Source: Thecamonas trahens ATCC 50062 (Eukaryota; Protista; Apusomonadida). From it: DNA of 64,000 bases. Numbering within the stretch: position 1 is the first letter of the stretch; each line of letters begins with the position of its first letter. The stretch is from contig NW_013657636.1 in NCBI RefSeq assembly GCF_000142905.1, positions 124,001-188,000 of the forward strand, read 5' to 3'. Positions 44,847 through 56,064 of this stretch are shown in pieces. The translations under genes were made by a program, and so were the position numbers. The notes beneath the pieces were generated by a model. The model saw only the letters and a program-made list of their open reading frames with translations. It did not search any database and was not told the origin of the DNA.

Positions 44847-47114
44847 TCACAGGAGAGAGAACAAGTCAGAGCGCGGCGGTGCGCGGTGCGATGTGGGCAT
44901 GGCCAGCGGTGGCCGAGCATTGACCATGGGCGCCGAGAACGATGAAAGCGCACCGGAGGAAAAGGGAGCGTAGGTGGAGTACGAGGTGGTTGGTGGCGGA
45001 TGACGGGAGAGCGAGGCAAAGGTTGATGGGCCGGTGTGTGAGCGACGAGCGGCGCCATAGGAACCCGGTGCGGGCGGCAAGCCGTGCGGGGCAAGGACAG
45101 CTTCAGTGCGTAGTGATAGCGGGGAGATGGAGAGAGTGTTGAACTTGTCATCGAGCGAAGCGAGCGGGGTTAAGACTGGTGAGGAAGCGCGCAGCGGTGA
45201 CTGCGGGCGGTGGCGGGGCTTGAGACCAGACGGAGTAAGCGAGGTCGAGAGCCCGGGCGCCGTGTTGCCGACGACGACGAGGCGTATGAGAGCAGCGGCG
45301 GAGCGTCAAGTGAAATTGAGGACGACGCATAGCCAAAGGCAGGCTCTGGTCTTGCCGACGAGCGCAATGAAGGCGACGCACCGTAGGAGGACGCATCCGC
45401 TCGCGACGACGACCAGCGACCAGGCGGTGATCGGGCGAGCGAGAGGGAGGCACCGAGTTCGGGCGAGGTTTGCCGTGAAGCAAGGCTGTAGCGGGCGGTC
45501 GGCGAGGTGGCGCGGTAAGGCGAGCCATAACGGGCCGGGCCGGCGGACGCGCGAGGGTATTGCGACGACGAGAAGAGCGGCGAGGCAGCCAACGGGGCAG
45601 CTCCCGAACCGTAGTCGGGGTCGAGGATGGATTTGCGCGGCGGAAAGAGCGAAACGTAGCCCGGGGGCGTGATGCTGGCTTCGAATCGTGTACGTCAGTG
45701 TTGTTGCCGTTGCTGTTGCTGTTGTTGTCATTGGTGTCGGCGAGCTGGCGGAGAAAGTCCGCGTGCGGCTCGTCGGCGCTGCCTGCAGCGCCATCGCGTG
45801 TGTCGTCGAGCTGCGAAGCGCGGAGTTCGTCGTCAGAAGCATCATGCGCGTCCGAGTCGTACGGCCCAACACCGCCGTCAAGATCGGTGTCCGGCCCGTC
45901 AGTGTGAGCATCGGCATTGGCAGCGGCCTCGGCCTCACCCTCGGCGGCGCCGGCGAGGAGCCACTCGTCAGCCCACACATCAGCGGCCTCGTCCTCACCC
46001 TCGGCCTCTAGATTGTGGCCATAGTCAGCGGTGTCGTCTTCACCGTAGCCTGCTGCTTCGGCTTCAGCAAAGCCGGCATCCATCCAGCCGGCATCTTCGC
46101 CCTCGGCTTCTGCGGCGTCGACATCCCAGTCTTCAGCGTTGCCCTCACTCTCGGCCTCACCCTCGCCCTCACCGGTGTCAAACACCGGAGCTGGGCGTGG
46201 GGTGAGCGGGCGGCCGTCGCAGAGAAGCGATGCAACGGCGCGGGCATCACCCTTGGTGGCGCTCTCGACGAGTCCGACAACGGTGGAGCGCTTGCGATCA
46301 AAGAGCGAGACGTACTTGTCGGCGAGGCGGAGGGTGGTGGGATGTGCCCAGGGAAGAAGGCGCGGGTATGCGCTTGGCCCGCCCTTGACGAGAGCGCGGG
46401 CGAGGCCCATGGGGGGTTGATGATGTGTAGCAGAGCCTGGACGAGGTCGTTGTCGCCGACGGCATTGATGATGTCATCCTCGAGCTCTGTAGGGCCGAGC
46501 TTTGCGTACTCAAAGGCAACAGAAGCCATAAACTCTGAGCTGCGATGGCCAGCGACATCGACGAGGACGGCCTCGACCGACTTGCCGGCCTCCATGGCTG
46601 CATAGATGCGTGCGGCGTCTGCGGCCGGGACGGCGGTGTCCTCGCCAGCCATCCTATGCGGATCTAGGAGATAGGCAAGCAGATGGCCAGTCATGCCGCC
46701 CATCTCCGAGCCGACATCGTCGCGGAGAGCGTTGCCGTGCTTGGCGGCGTAGGCAGCGGGAAGATCAGCCGAGACGTGCGAGTGCGGGCGGGCAGCGAGG
46801 AGGTCGACGAGGGCAGCCTCGTCTGTGCCGAAGCCATCCATGGCCTTGTGGGCGGCATCGGCGTCGTAGACGGGCCAAGGCGTGGCCAGGGCAGCAAGCA
46901 AGGCACGGACATTGCTCGGCTGCTTGGCCTTCTCTAGCTCGCTCGCCAGCGTCCTGCCCTGGCTGACGGCGTACTGCTCGGCGACGGCGGCCCGGGCCGA
47001 GAGCGGGAGGCGGGCGAGTGGCTCAGCCACGGCCATGGCCGCCACCTTGCGCTTCTTGCCGCCGGCCACAATCGCCTGCCGCACTGTCTCTACGCACCCG
47101 TCGACAGAGGCCAT
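44847..47114 (-). CDS. Annexin-domain protein with long acidic and Ser/Pro/Tyr-rich C-terminal extension; multiple frameshifts
   Basis: Annexin repeat DADAAHKAMDGFGTDEAALVDLLAAR...AYAAKHGNALRDDVGSEMGG. It continues past a C6 run near 46411 into a D/E-rich tract and then S/P/Y-rich sequence. The 3' end is uncertain. Confidence 0.7.
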
Positions 47115-47218
47115 TGGCTAGAGGAGATGCGAGAGGTGTGTGGGTGTGTGGGTGAATGGGGGTGTTTGAGCCCGCCTGCTGCGCTGTGGCAGGCCAACGG
47201 TCGAGCTAAAGTGGCGGG

Positions 47219-47589
47219 CACGGGATTAATCGTTGGCTTTGGAATACGGGATTAATCGTTGGCTTTGGGGGTACGATTAATCGTTGGCTTTGGGGGCACG
47301 GGATTAATCGTTGGCTTTGGGGGTACGATTAATCGTTGGCTTTGGGGGTACGATTAATCGTTGGCTTTGGGGGCACGGGATTAATCGTTGGCTTTGGGGG
47401 TACGGGATTAATCGTTGGCTTTGGGGGTACGGGATTAATCGTTGGCTTTGGGTGTACGGGATTAATCGTTGGCTTTGGGGGTACGGGATTAATCGTTGGC
47501 TTTGGGTGTACGGGATTAATCGTTGGCTTTGGGTGTACGGGATTAATCGTTGGCTTTGGGTGTACGGGATTAATCGTTGGCTTTGGGTG
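47219..47589 (+). repeat. Minisatellite, 14 copies of 25-27 bp unit GGGATTAATCGTTGGCTTTGGG(G/T)GTAC
   Basis: Counted 14 GATTAATCG cores with no unique spacers, in the annexin/RACK1 divergent promoter. Confidence 0.95.
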
Positions 47590-47681
47590 GCATTCATTCG
47601 CTCGTTGGTCGTTGCTCTTTGGCCGCCGGTCGCCGGTTCACTGTCGGCGGTCAGTCAGTCACACCTCACTTCGATCCAATC

Positions 47682-49538
47682 ATGGCCTCGACGAACCAGA
47701 AGCTTTCCATGCGCGGCGTGCTTGCCGGTCACGGCGGCTGGGTGACGTCCATTGCGACGACGCCCGAGTCGAACGACATGATCCTCACCGGATCCCGCGA
47801 CAAGTCCGTCATCGTGTGGGACCTTGTCCGCGAGGAGGGCCAGTACGGCCTTGCCAAGCGTGCCCTTACCGGCCACGACCACTTCATCGAGGACGTCGTG
47901 ATTTCGTGCGACACCCAGTTCGCCCTCTCGTGCTCGTGGGACAAGACCCTGCGCCTTTGGGACCTTGCTGACGGCTCGACCGCCCGCCGCTTCATTGACC
48001 ACGACAAGGACGTCCTCTCCGTCGCCTTCTCCGCCGACAACCGCCAGATTGTCTCGGCTGGCCGCGACAAGTCGATCAAGCTGTGGAACACCCTCGGCCA
48101 GTGCAAGTGTACGTCGCTGTCTGTCCGCCGCCTCCGGCCTCCGCCTGCTGCCTCCCACACTGCCTCCTCGGGCCTACCACCCCCCGCCTTGGCGCCCACG
48201 CCCCTGCCGCCTCTACCCGCCCTCCCGGCCCCCGTTCTCCCCTCTCCCATGCCCCTCCTGTACCCCCCTCGCCTGCCGGCCAAAGGCCCTCGCTCCGCGG
48301 ATGGCCACATTTTCGCTCATTTTGCGGTTTTTGTATGACTCGGCCGCCAGGCCCTCGCCTTGCCGCCGCCCCTCCTGCTGCCCTGCCGCCTCTGCCGCCA
48401 CACTCTCGCCCGCCATCTCTTGTGCACGGCCTGGGTGGCCCTCCTTCCCCCTGCCCCCCCCCTCTCTCTTGCTCCCCTCCTTCCCTCTCCCCCAATCTTC
48501 CCTGCTACCGGTGGCCACGCTGCTACCAGAGGCTACCCTTTCCGGCCACCCGATCCAGGGTGTACACCACCGTCCTCCCCCCCTCTCTCTCTCTCTCTCA
48601 CTCACCCTCCTTATGCTCTGCTGGTCCTGGTCCTGCTGGTCTGTCTGCCCCCCCCCCCCNNNNNNNNNNNNNNNNNNNNNNNNNNNNNNNNNNNNNNNNN
48701 NNNNNNNNNNNNNNNNNNNNNNNNNNNNNNNNNNNNNNNNNNNNNNNNNNNNNNNNNNNTAAAAAAAAAAAATAAAAAAAAAACAAAAAAAAAAAAAAAT
48801 GTTGTGCTTTCAGCCGCAGGGGGGGGGGGGATGGAGGGGGGGGTGGTTTTGTTTTTATAGATCACCCTCGAGCCCCCCCCCCCCCCCTTCCGCCTGGTCG
48901 TGGTTGCTCTCCTGTTTCTGCTTGTGCTGCTCTCCACGTGGCTGCTGCTTTTCTTTATCGTTGGGCTCCTCCTTCTCCTGCTGATGGACCGCTTGTTCGC
49001 ACTCGCCTTCAACAGACACCATTGCCGACTCGGACGCCCACACCGACTGGGTCTCGTGCGTGCGCTTCTCGCCGAACCAGCAGACGCCCCTCATCATCTC
49101 CGGTGGCTGGGACAAGGTCGTCAAGGTCTGGAACCTCACCAACTGCAAGCTGCAGACCAACCTCGGTCGACAACCGCGCAGGTCAACACCGTGACTGTCT
49201 CGCCCGATGGCTCGCTCTGCGCCTCGGGTGGCAAGGACGGCACCGCCATGCTCTGGGACCTCAACGAGGGCAAGCACCTCTACAAGCTCGACGCCGAGAA
49301 CCCCATCAACGCGCTCTGCTTCTCCCCGCAGCGCTACTGGCTCTGCGCCGCCACCGACGAGGGCATCAAGATCTGGGACCTCGAGTCGAAGTCGCTTGTC
49401 GACGAGCTCAAGCCCGAGCTTGACCTCGAGACCACCAAGGTCCCGTCGGTCCTCTCCCTCGCCTGGTCCGCCGACGGCAACACCCTCTTTGCCGGCTACA
49501 CCGACAACGTCGTCCGTGTGTGGCAGCTCCGCCAGTAA
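47682..49538 (+). CDS. RACK1: RACK1 (40S WD40 protein); intron 48109-49015 containing an N gap; apparent frameshift near 49170
   Basis: Motifs [61 protein letters not shown] and [18 protein letters not shown]. Confidence 0.97.
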
Positions 49539-49777
49539 GGTGCATTGCCCAAAGCAAAACAAAGCAACAACCCAAAAGCCTCGTCCTCCCCCTCCCCTCA
49601 TCGTCATCCCCATCCCATCGGCGTCTCTCTGTCTTTGCCTCCAGGTTGCGGGTCGCCCAGCGCCCGCTCGCCACACCGCGCCCGCCCAACCGACTCAACT
49701 GCAGCAACCGCCTACAGCAGCCATTGGCAGCAAGGCGTAGTCACTCAACTCAGCCGACAAAGAAGAGGCAGAGGAGC

Positions 49778-50728
49778 ATGGGGAGGACAGGCGAGAGCAA
49801 GCAGGAGTCTGCGAGACATGGCAGCGAACGATCGATTGTGGCTGTGGCGGGTGAGAGCTTGCTCCGGCTGCCTGGAGCTCTGGCGGCGGCCGTGGTCGTC
49901 AGCCTCGGCTTGCCGCATCCCTCCTTTCTGGCGGTGGGCAAGGTCGATGACGCCGATCTGTTCATGCGGAACAACGAGTACATTCTGACGGGCTACCGAC
50001 TCAATGCTAACACCATTCCACGCTGCATCTCCTCGCTCGCCCGCCTCCACAACGAGACCGTCAATGTGGCATCGCACGCTGGCGGCGCGCTCCTCTTCCT
50101 CATCCTCGCCGCCATCGCCTCGCCAGCTGCCGTCTGGTCCGATGCCCTTGCCTGGGCTGCCTTCTTTGTCGGCGTCGAGGCCGTCCTCCTCGGCTCAGCT
50201 ACCATGCACGCCCTCCACTGCCACTCGCCGGGCGTCAATCACACCGTCTCGTGCCTCGACTACGCCGGCATCGCCGCCTTTATCGCAGGCGCCTCGGCTG
50301 CTGTCACGCACTTTGCCCTCGCTGACTTTGCCCGCCTCAAGGCCACGTACATTGTCATGATCGTCGTCCTTGCCGCAGCCGTCACTGCCCTCTCCACCAT
50401 GCCGCGCTTCTGCACCCCGGCCTTTCGCCTCATCCGCACCTTTACCTTTGTGGCGCTCACGGCGCTCACCGCCCTTCCGCTCGTCCATCTCCGCCTGCTT
50501 ACCGGACCGACCGCGCTTACTACTCTCATCGCCGAGCATCTCTCGTTCGAGTACGGTGTCTTCCTCGTCGGCGCCCTGCTCTACGGCTTCCGCCTGCCGG
50601 AGCGGCTGGCGCCGGGCGCATTCGACATTGTCGGCCACGGTCACCAGCTTCACCATCTGTGCGTCGTCTACGGCGCATACCTGCACTACGACCTGCTGCA
50701 CGCACTCCAGGCCGCCCGGTCATTCTAA
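49778..50728 (+). CDS. PAQR / adiponectin receptor-like (HlyIII family) membrane protein
   Basis: Motifs NEYILTGYR, LHNETVNVASH, SATMHALHCHS, LDYAGI and PERLAPGAFDIVGHGHQLHH. Confidence 0.92.
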   Translation: MGRTGESKQESARHGSERSIVAVAGESLLRLPGALAAAVVVSLGLPHPSFLAVGKVDDADLFMRNNEYILTGYRLNANTIPRCISSLARLHNETVNVASHAGGALLFLILAAIASPAAVWSDALAWAAFFVGVEAVLLGSATMHALHCHSPGVNHTVSCLDYAGIAAFIAGASAAVTHFALADFARLKATYIVMIVVLAAAVTALSTMPRFCTPAFRLIRTFTFVALTALTALPLVHLRLLTGPTALTTLIAEHLSFEYGVFLVGALLYGFRLPERLAPGAFDIVGHGHQLHHLCVVYGAYLHYDLLHALQAARSF

Positions 50729-51246
50729 CTCTCGCCCTCGCTGCCATCGCCACCCGGCACCACGAAGAACCGGCCCTCGCGCTCGCTCGCCGCGCCCACA
50801 AGCACTTCGGGCTCCACCAGTCGGTAGCCGTCAGCCTCGGCCTGCGCCGCGCCATCGCGGACAGGCATGAAAACGTCGTCGGCTGCGCCGGCCTCACCGC
50901 GCCCGTCATGGCTCGTCACCCGTGACACAAGCCCATCGAGGCTACTCAGCGCCGCCAGCAGCGCATCGCGCTCGCCAGCAGCCAGCAACGACGGCCGGGC
51001 AAGCCTCGCCAGATCCGCCACCGCATCCGCGCGATCGCCATCAGCCCACGTGCCTCCAGCCGCGTTCTGTCCGTACACTGTCTCGACACTCCACGTGCTC
51101 TCGCCGTCAAACTCCGCCTCTGCGCCTCGTCCGGCCCGTCCTTGGCTTGCCGCGTCGTCGGCCACACCACGTGCCCCGGCAGCAGCAGCCCCTGCCAGGC
51201 GCCTCGCACGGGCCACACTTGCCACTTGCACCAGACTCTGCAGCAT
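50725..51246 (-). CDS. GATC: Mitochondrial Glu-tRNA(Gln) amidotransferase subunit C/F-like
   Basis: Arg/Ala-rich presequence, WSV motif, LARLARPSL, PVRD and a C-terminal A.EREGRFFVVP. Confidence 0.7.
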   Translation of the reverse strand: MLQSLVQVASVARARRLAGAAAAGARGVADDAASQGRAGRGAEAEFDGESTWSVETVYGQNAAGGTWADGDRADAVADLARLARPSLLAAGERDALLAALSSLDGLVSRVTSHDGRGEAGAADDVFMPVRDGAAQAEADGYRLVEPEVLVGAASEREGRFFVVPGGDGSEGES

Positions 51247-51370
51247 AGTATGGATGACTGTGCTTGCGGCTGTCTCTCGCCCTTGTCCTTGCTGTTCAAC
51301 CGAGGCCAAGCAGAGTGGGGTGGTGGTGGCGGTGAAGGGCAAGGTTGTTGCCGATGGCTGGGCATCAACA

Positions 51371-51525
51371 GTAATCGTTGAGGCAACGATAGTAATCGTT
51401 GAGGCAACGATTACGCCATGGTTACCATCAATGTTCAACAAGTTCGTTCGGTTCGTTCAGTTCGTTCGGTTCGTTCAGTTCGTTCGGTTCGTTCGGTTCG
51501 TTCGGTTCGTTCGGTTCGTTCGGTT
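51371..51525. repeat. Duplicated palindrome GTAATCGTTG-AGG-CAACGATTAC plus (GTTCGTTCG)~9 array
   Basis: Directly visible in the GatC/RPS6 divergent promoter. Confidence 0.85.
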
Positions 51526-51610
51526 GGAAAGGCAAAGTGAAAAACAGATTGTCTCCGCGCGAGCTCGTTTGGTGGGAGGGACAGCCACTTCTGTACAATT
51601 CGACGCGAGG

Positions 51611-52821
51611 ATGAAGGTACGTCGCAGTATGAGGGGACATTGACTTGGGCGGCAAAGCCAATGGTTGCGAGGGGAAGAGCACCACCATACCAGGAGAGTA
51701 GCAGGCAGTGTGTGCGAGGGTCCTAGCTGGCCATGTACTCTCTGGTGGCTCTGTCCTGGCCCCCTAGCGCCGTGTACACCTCCCCTACACCAGCTCGCCG
51801 AGCCCTCCGTTTTTTGCCTGCATCCCGGCTCGCCGCTGCTTGCCGCCACCACCATGGCCCAGCACGGCGACTTGCCCGACAGCCGACCACCACCCCACAC
51901 GTGTACCGGCCTGTGGACGAGCGCGCCGCTGCGGTGGCGTGTGCATGCATGCCCACGCGGCGTGGGCAGCGCACCCCGGGCGGGGAGCATATTATTTTGT
52001 AGGATGGGCATCAGGGCTCTGGGCGGGGAGACGACCGGAGCGGTGGGCGTGGGCATGGCGAAGAGGGAGGAAGCGGCAGCGACTCATGGAGATGTGTATG
52101 TAATGGACGCGTGACGCAGATTAACATCGCGAACCCGGCGACCGGCGCCCAGAAGCTGCTCGATGTTGAGGACGACCTCAAGGTCCGCCACTTCATGGAC
52201 AAGCGGATCTCGGCTGAGGTTGCCGCCGACCCGCTCGGTGAGGAGTTTGCCGGCTACGTGTTCAAGATCACTGGCGGTAACGACAAGCAGGGCTTCCCGA
52301 TGAAGCAGGGTGTCCTCCTCCCGCACCGCACCCGCATCCTTCTCTCCAAGGGTGACTCGTGCTACCGCAGCAAGCGCTCCGGCGAGCGCAAGCGCAAGTC
52401 GGTCCGCGGCTGCATCGTCCAGCAGGACCTCTCGGTCATCAACGTGGTCATCGTCAAGCGCGGCCCGGCTGACCTGCCCGGCCTTACCGACGTCTCGCAC
52501 CCGCGCCGCCTTGGCCCGAAGCGTGTCACCAAGATCCGCAAGCTCTTCGACCTCGACGAGGATGATGATGTCCGCAAGTTTGTCGTCCGCCGCGCCATCG
52601 AGAAGAACGGCAAGACCTTCTACAAGTCGCCGAAGATCCAGCGTCTTGTCACGCCCCGCCGTCTGGAGCGCAAGCGCCGCCGCCTCAATGAGAAGAAGCA
52701 GATCATCGCCAAGAAGGTCGCCGAGGCCCAGGCTTACGCTGATCTCCTTGCCGAGCGCGCCTCGAAGCGCAAGGCCGAGCGTGCCGCGCAGCTCGCCAAG
52801 AAGAAGAAGGGTGGCAAGTAA
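51611..52821 (+). CDS. RPS6: 40S ribosomal protein S6 (eS6); intron 51617-52119 after codon 2
   Basis: ATG AAG|GTACGT...CAG|ATT AAC ATC gives MKINIANP. Further motifs [27 protein letters not shown] and PKIQRLVTP. Confidence 0.98.
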
Positions 52822-52916
52822 GCGAACTCCGTAAACAAACAAAGAAACAATGCGCCACTCGCCACACCACATTCACTCGTCTTTGTACTACTGCGCGTCG
52901 TGCCCGTCTCTCGCGT

Positions 52917-54085
52917 TTACGTCGCTGACGGCCCTGCCTCGTCCTTGCGCTTCCGTCGCTTCTTCCGCTTAGCTTTCTCCACAGAGATCAGTGAGCCGGC
53001 AACAACCGCGAGCTCATCGAGCCCGATGCGGCCGGCTCCGTTGATTTGCCGCGCCACCGCCTTGAGCTCGCTCATGGTCACGTAGATGTACTTGCCACGG
53101 TCGTCAAAGATGCCCATCAGCCGACCGTCAGCCTCGAGCGCACGCAGTCGCGCCACCACCTCGGGCGTCCGCAGATGGAACTTGCTCGCCAGCGCGTCGA
53201 GCTCGACCACCTTTTGCCGCTTGACGTACTTGCAGAATGCGGTGTTCACATCCTCGCCTTCGGCGCCGAGGTCGGCGAGGAGCGAGCCCTCGGTGACAAC
53301 CTCAAACTCAGCCTTCATCGCCTCGTACGCCGCCGCCTCGGCTGCCGCTCTTTCGGCGGCCTCTACCGCCGCCCTCTCAGTCTCGGCCTCAACGCGTGCT
53401 GCTTCAGCAGCAGCCTCATCGTCACCCTCGTCGCCCACAAGCAGCTCGTCGGCCTCGGCCGCTCGCGCCTCCTCGGCCGCCTGCGCCTCCCTCGCCTTCC
53501 TCCGCGCTTCCTTCATCCGCTGCTTGGCCTCGTACTTGGCTCCGCGGCGGTTTCTTCCCACCACCGGCCCATCGCCGCCTCCTGCTCGGGGAAGCCCTCC
53601 GTCATCGCCATCCCCACCGTCCGTCGCCCCTCCAGGACCATCCCCACCGGCGTCCCGTTTCTTCCTCCTCCGAGCCTCTCTCTCCGCCCTTCTCCTGGCC
53701 TGTCGCGACAGCCCCGAGGGCGCCACCTCCACCTCGGGCTCATCACCTGGTGCCACATCCTTCCTCGTCTGTCCCTCAACCCAGCCCCCGTCCCCGCCGT
53801 GGCGCAACCACAACACAGCCATGATCGAGGCATCACATAGCCATGATCAAGGCATCACATAGCCATGATCAAGGCATCACATAGCCATGATCACAGCATC
53901 AACACGACCACCGTCACTGCGATTGTGAGTCCCCCCAGAGCCTTGTCCGCATGTAGAAGGGAGGGGAGGGAAGGGTGAGGGGGGAGCCATGGCTATCATG
54001 CCCGTACCTGTCCCTTGAACACCGTCAGGAGTGCCGCCACGCCCACAACCGCCAGACACAGCGCACCTACAAGCACCCAGTCCAT
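52917..54085 (-). CDS. DDRGK1: DDRGK domain-containing protein 1 (UFBP1); intron 53769-54007
   Basis: The first exon encodes the TM anchor MDWVLVGALCLAVVGVAALLTVF, followed by a charged helix and a PCI-like domain with GIFDDRGKYIYV. Confidence 0.92.
53817..53898. repeat. 22-bp tandem repeat AGCCATGATCAAGGCATCACAT (~3.7 copies) in DDRGK1 intron
   Basis: Directly visible. Confidence 0.85.
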
Positions 54086-54321
54086 GCTATACTTCCTTAG
54101 ACGTCACCTAGGGGGTGTGGTGTATGGGCGTATGAATGGTGGGGGGGGGGTGGTGGGTGAGTCGGTGGGGCAACGTGTGGCCTGACGGGTCCATGACTCA
54201 CGGCTCTGGTCATCGCCTCGCGCCGCTCACCTGCAGATCCCTGCTTGCCAGCCACCAAAGGTCCCGATGGGAGGGGGGATCATACCATACATGCATACGT
54301 ACATACACACATGTATGCATG

Positions 54322-54357
<36 letters not shown>

Positions 54358-54438
54358 AGAAGTGCATGTCATTGTCCGTGCTCGCGCGCAAAGCAGGGCG
54401 CTCAAGATCGTCGTGGTGCACAATGAGGTGATGTGCTG

Positions 54439-56064
54439 TCAGAGATCATCATGGCGCGCAAAGAAAGCATCGTGGTCGTCGCTGCCATTGCGACTCCCGA
54501 CAGGTTGAGCAGGCATCGAGGTGTCGGCAAAAGGAGGGACGGCGGCAGCGTCGGCACGAGCAACAGCAGCTGCAAAGAGATTGGCGGCGTTGCGGGCCGA
54601 GATGGCCTGAGTCTCCATGCACGACACAGCCGACTCAAAAGCGTTGATGTAGTACAGCCGCGGCGCGATCTCGAACCGCGCCCACGTTGGCGACGGCCGC
54701 AGCTTGGGGTAAGCCCGCCACCGGTATGCCCCGAGCACTGTGTACCCGGCCTGGAACATCTTGTCCAGCTCGCTGCGCTCCATCGCCTGCCGCGAAAAGA
54801 TCTTGCGCACTGGTGCACTATACGTCGTCGAGTAGCCCTTGACCGCCACCGACGAGAACGGGAGGCTGTCGACCTCGGCCGTGCCCACAAACGACGGCAC
54901 TTCCTCGTCCGCCTCGGCCGCGCCAAAGTACCGCGCATCAAGCTTGCCCGCCACAAATGTGGCATGGGTGACCTGGAACTCGCGCCAAGACGGTGGAATG
55001 CCCGAGCCTGCCGGCCGGATCACCGCCAGATCCACATGCGGAATGCCTGTAAACTCAAGCGACGACGCAAACTCGAGCGGGGTCGCCACAAACACTGCAT
55101 CGTACAGCGTGCCCCGCTCGCCGTTGATCACGTATCGCGTGCCCCACATCGCGTCGCTATCATCGTTGACCGCTTCGATGCTCGTCACAGCAGTCTGCAG
55201 CCGAAGCTCGAGACCCTGCACTTTGTTCAGCAGCGCCTTCGGCAGCGCAGCGTTGCCAGTCGCCACGGCGTGCAGATCGGGTTCCACCCCCACCAGCGCA
55301 ACCATACCCGCAAGCGCGTTAATCTCCGGGGACTGGCCGTACTGCACTCTTGTCACAGCCGCCACAAGATCGTCCACAAACGCCGCCGTGAGTTTGCGCC
55401 GCCCCTGGGTCAAGTACTCGCGCAGGGTCCGCTGCGTCAGTCGGAGCAGGCCGATCGCCTCCAGCAGCTCTGGCACACTCTCATAGCCCTGGCCGGCGTC
55501 CTGAAGGTCGTAAACATCCAGAAATGCGGCCACAACCTCGGCCGTCTCACCGCGAAGGTTCATCGGCGAGAGGCCCCAGGCGTACAGCGCCCGGACTGCC
55601 GTCACCACCGAGTACACCGACTCGCGAAAACGCCACCCGCTCCCGTCCCACACCCCGAGCGTGCCCTCGGGTGCGTCCACCGTCGCCAGACCAACCTCCC
55701 TGACAGCATCTGCCACATACCGGTTGACGCCATGGAAGACGCCGGCACCGATCTCGTACCGCACGCCGTCGAGCTCAAAGTCGGCCGTCCGCCCGCCGAT
55801 CCTATCAGAGCCCTCAAAAACCGTGATCGCCACCTCCCGCCCGACCTTGCTCGCCCACTCTGCCACAAACTTTGAAGTAAAGCCGCCAGACACACCAGCG
55901 CCGACCACAGCCACTTGCAGCGCCCGCCGTTCCTCGCTCGCTCCCGCCGACCAGTCACCCTGCGAGTCGCCCAAGTCGTCGCCACGCGCACCGCCAGCAA
56001 TCACGGCAACAACCACAAGAGCAACCACCAACCAGCTCCAGTTATTGTGCACACACTGCATCAT
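54439..56064 (-). CDS. PCYOX1: Prenylcysteine oxidase / farnesylcysteine lyase
   Basis: Signal peptide, VAVVGAGVSG, RIGGR, EIGAGVFH, TRVQYGQ, WRAYP, LYYINAFESAVSCMETQAISARNAA and a C-terminal HDDL ER-retrieval-like signal. Confidence 0.92.
   Translation of the reverse strand: MMQCVHNNWSWLVVALVVVAVIAGGARGDDLGDSQGDWSAGASEERRALQVAVVGAGVSGGFTSKFVAEWASKVGREVAITVFEGSDRIGGRTADFELDGVRYEIGAGVFHGVNRYVADAVREVGLATVDAPEGTLGVWDGSGWRFRESVYSVVTAVRALYAWGLSPMNLRGETAEVVAAFLDVYDLQDAGQGYESVPELLEAIGLLRLTQRTLREYLTQGRRKLTAAFVDDLVAAVTRVQYGQSPEINALAGMVALVGVEPDLHAVATGNAALPKALLNKVQGLELRLQTAVTSIEAVNDDSDAMWGTRYVINGERGTLYDAVFVATPLEFASSLEFTGIPHVDLAVIRPAGSGIPPSWREFQVTHATFVAGKLDARYFGAAEADEEVPSFVGTAEVDSLPFSSVAVKGYSTTYSAPVRKIFSRQAMERSELDKMFQAGYTVLGAYRWRAYPKLRPSPTWARFEIAPRLYYINAFESAVSCMETQAISARNAANLFAAAVARADAAAVPPFADTSMPAQPVGSRNGSDDHDAFFARHDDL

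Noticed and set aside
47219-47589. CRISPR-like array
   Set aside because: Units are contiguous with no unique spacers, there are no cas genes and the context is eukaryotic. It is a minisatellite.
51442-51525. tRNA T-loop (GTTCG) cluster
   Set aside because: It is a simple 9-bp repeat with no cloverleaf.
54433-55875. Long antisense and alternative-frame ORFs (also 12812-14218, 11922-12914 and many others)
   Set aside because: They are shadows of real genes in GC-rich, codon-biased DNA, with Arg/Pro-rich translations and no motifs.
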